The position numbers and the translations under genes are program-made. From the IMG/VR virus record IMGVR_UViG_3300029288_000072, positions 64,001-128,000 of that record: a stretch of DNA of 64,000 nucleotides, one strand, 5' to 3'. Below are positions 58,301 through 64,000 of the stretch, one piece after another (the first letter of the stretch is position 1; every line of letters starts with the position of its first letter). The DNA comes from a virus (Duplodnaviria > Caudoviricetes). The notes beneath the pieces are model-generated. The model was not told where the DNA came from, made no database searches, and saw only the letters and a program-made list of their open reading frames with translations.

Positions 58301-59878
58301 TCACATCTTTTTAATCTGTTCTAATAGAGGAAGATATCTTATACCAACCTCTAGAGCAAGCAACTTATATGTATGTAATAATACAGAGGAAGTTTCTGCT
58401 CCATGCCATTCTTCTTTTTCGTGTTTCCATGTGCCATCATAGCAATCTTCTGTTTTGTATTGAGTTTGAACTAGCCAAGGAACGAAACCACTTGTAGGAT
58501 TTCCCCATGTTTCATCCCAATGCTTTCCTTTAATTTGGAAAGATGCTAATGATGCATAATATAATGCATAGCTATTATTTCGATATTTGTTAGTTACAAA
58601 CCATCTATCAGTCATGTCATTTGCTAATGTATCCAATAAAATATCTCCTGGCTTATATCCTAAGAATACACCAGCTAATGCACCGACAAAACTCAAATGG
58701 TCTCTGCTGGTCTTACCATCAATACTGCATGTATATGGAAATACACTTTTTCCATATGGATCAAGATTTTGCCAGTTTGGATTTGCTGACTTCCATGCTA
58801 ATTCTAAGAATTTTTTAGATCCTTCTAATCCATCTTGTACATTCAGATTTGATGCGACAGCAGATTTTAGTGCCATTATATTCCACCCTGAAACGCTTAT
58901 ATCCATACGAGCAGGATTTGGTCTAATATAGTCCCACCCCAATGGATATCCGTCGTTGTCTTTCGTTTGTCTTGCAAGTACAATATCTACTGCTTTCTGT
59001 GCTGGTTCTCTTAATGCTATATCTCCAGACATTGCATATGCTTCTGCTAATGCCATTGCACAAACTGGATGCTCATAATTTCTTTCTCCAATTAAACCAT
59101 CTGCTCCTTGTCTTGCTAATAACCATTCAATTCCTACTTTAACGGTTTTTCTCCACTTACTCATATGTTTGTGATCATAACCAGCACCTAAGAAACAAAG
59201 AGTTGCCAGTCCCGTCATAGCAGCATTTTCATCACCAGCAGCAGTTTTTCCTGGTTCACATTTTGGATTTATTTGGCAGTTTAGGTAATAATTTACACTA
59301 TCCCAATGCCCATCGGGGGATTGGTGAACGGCTAACCATTTTAATGCTGCTTCCATAGTGGATGAAGCAGATTTTGCATTTGGACCATAACAACTTGTCC
59401 ATCTCTTTTTATTTCCCCCTTTTTCTCTTCCGAATGCACCAGATGCCCCGCCACCAGCCCCCATTACAAATGCTACACCTTGACCAGCCATTTCAGCAGT
59501 TGATACAGCATTTTCTCTTCCTTTGATATCGTTATTATTTTCTTCATCTTCTGATTCTAATTTAATATCTTCAAGATCCAAGGTATTAATTAATGTAACT
59601 TCGCTATCAACAGGTTTTGTATGAGGAACAATTATTGGTTTTTCGACAATATCTCTTGTAGGAGGATCTTTTAATTCTGGTGGTAAATCTATTTGCACTA
59701 ATCTAACATTAGGTTGTTCTTTTATCATTTCTTTTACAACAATTAATGTTCCTAAGACTAGTAATATTAATATATGTAAACTTAAAGATATTCCCCATCC
59801 TGTTATTCCGCTTTTTCGTTCGTCAAGTTCTGCATCATTTTCTTCAACATATTCATCTATTTTTTCTAATTCTTCCAT
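58301..59878 (-). CDS. membrane-anchored prenyltransferase/squalene-oxidase-repeat (alpha-alpha toroid) protein, Planctomycete-type
   Basis: TM WGISLSLHILILLVL; ALKWLAVHQSPDGHW, TGLATLCFLGAG, WLLARQGADG, YEHPVCAMALAEAY, GWDY..D.SVSGW..MALKSA; start 59878 after AAGGAG. Confidence 0.85.
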   Translation of the reverse strand: MEELEKIDEYVEENDAELDERKSGITGWGISLSLHILILLVLGTLIVVKEMIKEQPNVRLVQIDLPPELKDPPTRDIVEKPIIVPHTKPVDSEVTLINTLDLEDIKLESEDEENNNDIKGRENAVSTAEMAGQGVAFVMGAGGGASGAFGREKGGNKKRWTSCYGPNAKSASSTMEAALKWLAVHQSPDGHWDSVNYYLNCQINPKCEPGKTAAGDENAAMTGLATLCFLGAGYDHKHMSKWRKTVKVGIEWLLARQGADGLIGERNYEHPVCAMALAEAYAMSGDIALREPAQKAVDIVLARQTKDNDGYPLGWDYIRPNPARMDISVSGWNIMALKSAVASNLNVQDGLEGSKKFLELAWKSANPNWQNLDPYGKSVFPYTCSIDGKTSRDHLSFVGALAGVFLGYKPGDILLDTLANDMTDRWFVTNKYRNNSYALYYASLASFQIKGKHWDETWGNPTSGFVPWLVQTQYKTEDCYDGTWKHEKEEWHGAETSSVLLHTYKLLALEVGIRYLPLLEQIKKM

Positions 59879-59886
59879 AAGTTGCT

Positions 59887-59938
59887 CCTTGTTGTTTACG
59901 TTAAAGATTACCATGGCGACATGGTAAACGCAACAAGG
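59887..59938 (-). promoter_or_regulatory. structured 5' leader occluding the RBS
   Basis: CCTTGTTG/CAACAAGG, CGTT/AACG and TACCATG/CATGGTA nested stems. Confidence 0.65.
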
Positions 59939-59959
59939 TTCATTTAGTTCAAAATTTTT

Positions 59960-59967
59960 TATAAATA
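59960..59967 (+). promoter_or_regulatory. T4-type late promoter TATAAATA
   Basis: Exact motif upstream of a small + strand ORF. Confidence 0.55.
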
Positions 59968-59974
59968 CTTGTGT

Positions 59975-60187
59975 ATGAACTGGTTACGAAACTTACCGGA
60001 AGAACATCAGAATGCAATAAAAGAAATCCATGAAAACTCAAAAGGATATATTATATTAGTAGTAGATCCTTGTTATGTTGGTCCAATAGAGTCATGTTTA
60101 AAATCGTTTTATAATATTAAAATTATATCAAGTGGTTCTTTATGCGAATTTACTAGAAAAATTATTAATGAATTTAAAAAGAATTAA
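59975..60187 (+). CDS. hypothetical protein
   Basis: About 70 aa from ATG 59975, fills the gap. Confidence 0.55.
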   Translation: MNWLRNLPEEHQNAIKEIHENSKGYIILVVDPCYVGPIESCLKSFYNIKIISSGSLCEFTRKIINEFKKN

Positions 60188-60719
60188 ACATTTCTATTTG
60201 TTCAATTAATTCATCGAAAGAATTTTTCCAATCAGGATCTCTAATATTAATTAATTTAATATTATTCTTTTTAGCTATTCTGGCAGCCATTCCTGTTCCA
60301 CCTTTAATGTTTCCAGAAGAATATCTATCAGCACAACATATAACGAAATCTACTTTTGGATATATATCATATCCAAAAACTTGATGATAATTTCGTGCAT
60401 GATATTTTAAACTAAATTCATCAAGCTTATCATGCAACGGATGCAATTCTTTTGCTACTTTAATTCCTTCTGGACTATCACCAAGTACAAATGAGTCTAA
60501 ACTATTTGAAATATTGTAAAATTTATTATTAAAATTATTATATGGAAGCATTAAAACGCATCTCCCATTCGATGCCATTTCAAATGTTATATCCGATCCG
60601 GTTGCATTACCAGAAAATAAAATATATTCATATGACCACAATTTTCTACCAATATATGTTATATCATTTTCTTCTTTTTTAGATATATTTCTACTACCTA
60701 TTCCCGCAAAAGTTTTCAT
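60174..60719 (-). CDS. SLOG superfamily (DprA/YpsA-like) protein
   Basis: FAGIGSR, SGNATGSD, ARNYHQV, GGTGMA. Confidence 0.82.
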   Translation of the reverse strand: MKTFAGIGSRNISKKEENDITYIGRKLWSYEYILFSGNATGSDITFEMASNGRCVLMLPYNNFNNKFYNISNSLDSFVLGDSPEGIKVAKELHPLHDKLDEFSLKYHARNYHQVFGYDIYPKVDFVICCADRYSSGNIKGGTGMAARIAKKNNIKLINIRDPDWKNSFDELIEQIEMFNSF

Positions 60720-61132
60720 ATTTTTTCCACCGAATCAAACAATTTTGATATTTCTTCCCATATATCTTTATGTTCAAGATTTGGGTAATCATTTTTATAC
60801 ACGATTCTTTTTATACCTGCATTTTTTAATGCACCAATACACCGATGGCATGGTTGTAAAGTTATGTATATTGTACATCCTTTTGTATCAAAAGGACAAT
60901 TCATAATTGCATTTATTTCTGAATGAATAACAAATTGATATTTTAATGGTCTTTCCCATTTTTCTGGTGTTTCTTGAATTCCAGCAGGAAATCCATTATA
61001 TCCAATTGCACATTGTCTATTATCAGGCGTAACAATAACACATCCTACTTTGGTAGTAGGATCTTTAGATAATTTGGAAGTGACTTCCGCGATTTCAATC
61101 CAGTGTAAATCCCATTGTTTTTGTGTTGGCAT
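60716..61132 (-). CDS. dCMP deaminase
   Basis: SKDPTTKVGC, GYNGFP, HSEINA, PCHRC. Confidence 0.93.
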   Translation of the reverse strand: MPTQKQWDLHWIEIAEVTSKLSKDPTTKVGCVIVTPDNRQCAIGYNGFPAGIQETPEKWERPLKYQFVIHSEINAIMNCPFDTKGCTIYITLQPCHRCIGALKNAGIKRIVYKNDYPNLEHKDIWEEISKLFDSVEKI

Positions 61133-61542
61133 TATAATTCCTCAATATTTATTATTATCTCATTTTCTTCCATCCATGTCCAATGTTTCCATACCATTAC
61201 AAATTTATTTGGAATATCTTTATTAATATAAAAATCTCTTACATCTTTAAAGTCGTTAAATTCTAAATATTTTTTATATAAAATAATTAAATTATTTTCT
61301 AGTTTTGAATAACCTATACTATCAGTAATAGTATTTGATGAAGTTTCTCTTTTTGATTCGTATAATAATGCATGTAGCCAAGGTAATGATTTTACATACC
61401 TTCCTTCTTGTTTTGATTCTTTTAATAATTCTTTAAATCTTTTAACTTCTGGTGGTATTCCGCCAGAATTTAAAGCATTATTCTTGTTTTTCTGGGTCAT
61501 CTTTGTGTAGGTAGTGGGTAGCAAACGATCCAAGTTCATCAA
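61132..61542 (-). CDS. hypothetical protein
   Basis: 136-aa ORF; start uncertain. Confidence 0.6.
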   Translation of the reverse strand: MMNLDRLLPTTYTKMTQKNKNNALNSGGIPPEVKRFKELLKESKQEGRYVKSLPWLHALLYESKRETSSNTITDSIGYSKLENNLIILYKKYLEFNDFKDVRDFYINKDIPNKFVMVWKHWTWMEENEIIINIEEL

Positions 61543-61681
61543 TCACTCCTTGTCTAATAGGATGAAAAAATTCCCTTATTATAGAAGAACCATATTCATT
61601 AAAAAGAGTTCCTATGAACCCCTTCATTGAAGGAGTGTTTATTTCTTTTATTACTATTTTTAGTTTAGGTTTGTTTTCCAT
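61478..61681 (-). CDS. hypothetical protein
   Basis: 67 aa directly after guaC. Confidence 0.5.
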   Translation of the reverse strand: MENKPKLKIVIKEINTPSMKGFIGTLFNEYGSSIIREFFHPIRQGVIDELGSFATHYLHKDDPEKQE

Positions 61682-61682
61682 G

Positions 61683-62645
61683 TCAGTTTACGCTAACCAA
61701 CTTCATATTTCCTAGTGAGGTTAAATCTTTTCCTCCTGCATAACTAATAGATGATTGTAAATCTTCTTTAATTTCATTAAGAAGATTTTTCATGTCACCT
61801 TTATAATCTAATAATATTTTTTTACCTTCTATTCTATTATATGATTGTTTATTATGTTCCGATGCAGATCCAAAATATACACATCGTAGTTTTCCATCAA
61901 TCTCAATTTTTTCTGAATTACTTTGATCATAACCACTAAACAAACTTCCTGCCATTACCATTGTAGCACCACATGAAATTGCTAATGCAATATCTCCATG
62001 ATGTTCGATACCACCATCTGCTATAATTGGCTTTTTTGCTTCTTCTGAACATTCTAAAATACAAGACACCATCGGCCTATAAACCTTTGTCTTATAACGA
62101 GTTATGCAACTTTTGCCCCCCGCTATGCCAATTTTTGTACAATCCGCCCCCCATTCTTCAATATCTAATAGAGCATCAACTGTGTTATAATTTCCTACAA
62201 TTAAATATGTATTAGGAAATTTGTCTTTCATAAATTTTATCATGTTTTCTGCTTTTGGAGAATGACAAAATGCAATATCTAAAGTTGCATAATGTAATTC
62301 TTTTTCTAATCCTGCATCCTTTATGTTTTTTAATTGATTATATGTGTCTTCGTTTACACCAATTGATATACTTGTAAAATGATTATTAGTTCTCATAAAA
62401 TCAATAAATTTTACTTGATCTACATTAAATCTATGCATAATATAAAACCAGTTATTATCTGCAAAAAATTTGCATGTATTTTGATTAACAACTGCTGGCA
62501 TATTTGCACATATAACAGGAACCGCAAATTTCCTTCCACCGAAAATAACAGAAGTATCACATTCGTTTCTGCTATTAACTACACATTTATTTGGTACTAA
62601 ATATACATCACTATAGTTATATTCTCTTGTTATTGTTTTTTGCAT
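61683..62645 (-). CDS. guaC: GMP reductase
   Basis: YSDVYLVP, ANM, MHRF, KIGIAGGKSCITRYKT, IIADGGI..HGDIA, YFGSASE, EGKK, LQSSISYAGG. Confidence 0.93.
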   Translation of the reverse strand: MQKTITREYNYSDVYLVPNKCVVNSRNECDTSVIFGGRKFAVPVICANMPAVVNQNTCKFFADNNWFYIMHRFNVDQVKFIDFMRTNNHFTSISIGVNEDTYNQLKNIKDAGLEKELHYATLDIAFCHSPKAENMIKFMKDKFPNTYLIVGNYNTVDALLDIEEWGADCTKIGIAGGKSCITRYKTKVYRPMVSCILECSEEAKKPIIADGGIEHHGDIALAISCGATMVMAGSLFSGYDQSNSEKIEIDGKLRCVYFGSASEHNKQSYNRIEGKKILLDYKGDMKNLLNEIKEDLQSSISYAGGKDLTSLGNMKLVSVN

Positions 62646-62649
62646 TGTA

Positions 62650-62669
62650 ATTCCCCTTAATAGGAGAAT
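62650..62669 (-). promoter_or_regulatory. RBS-occluding hairpin upstream of guaC
   Basis: ATTCTCCT-ATTA-AGGGGAAT, 8 bp with one GU. Confidence 0.5.
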
Positions 62670-62698
62670 ATTATAACATCAAAAAATTGAGATATCAA
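62670..62698 (-). promoter_or_regulatory. early promoter TTGATA-N17-TATAAT
   Basis: Upstream of guaC. Confidence 0.6.
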
Positions 62699-63129
62699 TT
62701 AAAATTTCCAAATATTCTTTTATGATTTTCTTTTACAGCAAATACAAAATCATTTATTTTAGAATCAAATTTTGCTTCTAATACACCTTTATCAACCAAT
62801 TGACTACACAATTTTAAATATATTATTCTTGTCAATTTTTTTATAATTTCGTCGCATTCATCATTTGTTATATAATATAATTTATCATCTGTTACTTTTA
62901 TTAATGGTGTTAATATATCTAACATAACATTATATTCTACGTATTCATTACATTCATCGTCTGACATTTCTCTTATATGAGAATATTTTTCTTGAAATTC
63001 TTCTTCTGTTTTTGGATATTGTTTTAATAATTCATCAAGTTTTAATAAAAAATAAATAATTGCCTCTTTTCTAACACATATGAAAATATCTTCATAATCT
63101 GGTGATAGATATGCATAATTTTCAGACAT
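62695..63129 (-). CDS. hypothetical protein
   Basis: 144 aa, LVDKGVLEAKFDS motif. Confidence 0.7.
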   Translation of the reverse strand: MSENYAYLSPDYEDIFICVRKEAIIYFLLKLDELLKQYPKTEEEFQEKYSHIREMSDDECNEYVEYNVMLDILTPLIKVTDDKLYYITNDECDEIIKKLTRIIYLKLCSQLVDKGVLEAKFDSKINDFVFAVKENHKRIFGNFN

Positions 63130-63131
63130 TT

Positions 63132-63653
63132 TTATATCTTCTTTTGAAAAATTATTTTATAATCTGATCCTGTAACAACATGTTTTTTAAAAACTAAATT
63201 CATTTTATGTTTATTTAAAAATTTAGGAATTTCTTTTTTTGTTCCTTCTGTTAGTGTTATATGTGGTTTATATATTTTATAATCACTATCTGGGAATCCA
63301 CAATCTATGATAAATTTATTAATTTGTTTAAACCATTTATGTATTTCTGGTGAATCTACTTCCATAACTAAGCATTTGTCTTCGCCAAAAATATTAAAAT
63401 TTTTTGTTACAGCAGATAGTTTTGGCAATTGTATTGCATTTAAATAATCTATTAATGGATCTGGCGACTTATTAGTTTTAACATACCTAATTGTAATATG
63501 GAATTTATTCTTATCTGTTAATTCACCATCTAGATCTAATTCTTTTTGTAATTCTTTTAATTTTGTAGAATATGGTTCGTCTGCATACAACATATAACAA
63601 AATGTTGATACTTTTGCTTCATTTAAAAGAAAATATTCTTTAAAATTGTGCAT
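63132..63653 (-). CDS. 2H phosphoesterase (Acb1/T4 gp57B-like)
   Basis: Two HxT motifs: FHITIRY and YKPHITL. Confidence 0.85.
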   Translation of the reverse strand: MHNFKEYFLLNEAKVSTFCYMLYADEPYSTKLKELQKELDLDGELTDKNKFHITIRYVKTNKSPDPLIDYLNAIQLPKLSAVTKNFNIFGEDKCLVMEVDSPEIHKWFKQINKFIIDCGFPDSDYKIYKPHITLTEGTKKEIPKFLNKHKMNLVFKKHVVTGSDYKIIFQKKI

Positions 63654-63658
63654 TATTT

Positions 63659-64000
63659 TTAATCTTTTTCTTCTACTGATGTTGCAACTTTTGGTTTTTT
63701 ATTTTTAATTGGATCCATATCAGCAGATTTTCTAGATTTTTCTAGATTTTTTTCTGCCTGTGTTTTTTCATCACCTTTTGGTGTATTTTTTGCTGCTGCT
63801 TTTCCTTGTTTTTCAGATTCTTTATTTATCTTTTCCATTACATCAATAATATTTTTTAATGCTTCTTTTTGATTTTCTGGCAACTCTTCATTTTTTTCTG
63901 ACATTGCTTTTCCAGGACTGGTATTTGCTGTTAACATTCCTAAAAACCAGAATGGAAGTTTATCTTTAATTAAATTCCATGATTTAGAAATTAAATTTTT
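63659..64000 (-). CDS. partial hypothetical protein (5' end beyond the window)
   Basis: The frame stays open from 63937 to the window edge. Confidence 0.7.
   Translation of the reverse strand, partial: KNLISKSWNLIKDKLPFWFLGMLTANTSPGKAMSEKNEELPENQKEALKNIIDVMEKINKESEKQGKAAAKNTPKGDEKTQAEKNLEKSRKSADMDPIKNKKPKVATSVEEKD

Noticed and set aside
58301-59878. True squalene-hopene cyclase (hopanoid synthesis gene)
   Set aside because: Single toroid domain with an N-terminal TM anchor and no DxDD catalytic motif; only QW-like repeats are shared
995-62600. Many short ORFs antisense to or nested in long genes (e.g. 995..1270, 3115..3471, 8963..9463, 17553..17873, 52409..52903, 58587..58931)
   Set aside because: Shadow ORFs of well-supported genes, with no RBS or motifs and composition typical of antisense frames
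1-64000. Stop-codon reassignment, tRNAs, introns or inteins
   Set aside because: Genes are full length and tightly packed in the standard code, with TAA, TGA and TAG all used as stops. Intergenic gaps are short and show no cloverleaf. No intein or intron signatures were noticed by eye.

Overview
This is a very AT-rich, gene-dense 64 kb segment of a large T4-related myovirus (jumbo-phage-like), read in the standard genetic code. It contains a minus-strand baseplate/tail block: gp5-like hub, gp25, an enlarged gp6, a 2283-aa wedge protein, several large accessory proteins, and collagen, C1q and Cys/Ser-rich fibre proteins. Directly downstream on the same strand is a sugar-modification operon (UDP-glucose dehydrogenase, two Maf/DUF115-like proteins, a GT-methyltransferase fusion, GT25 and a GT8-like enzyme). 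Auxiliary genes include a histidine kinase plus receiver pair, Cas4-like and HNH nucleases, a nucleotidyltransferase, ClpP, SprT, dNMP kinase, dCMP deaminase, GMP reductase, a SLOG protein, an Acb1-like 2H phosphoesterase, a MoxR/VWA pair and a Planctomycete-type prenyltransferase-repeat membrane protein. Transcription signals are clear: TTGAcT-N16-TATAAT early-type promoters and T4-type TATAAATA late promoters, one of them a bidirectional palindrome. Three hairpins occlude ribosome-binding sites. The best candidate novel systems are: (i) a glycosylated, disulfide-rich, modular adsorption apparatus built from a shared ~65-aa module, nested lectin-like domains and Ser/Thr linkers; (ii) a phage two-component operon; (iii) RBS-sequestering hairpins whose effect depends on promoter choice. 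All functional calls come from motif recognition by eye. No searches were run.
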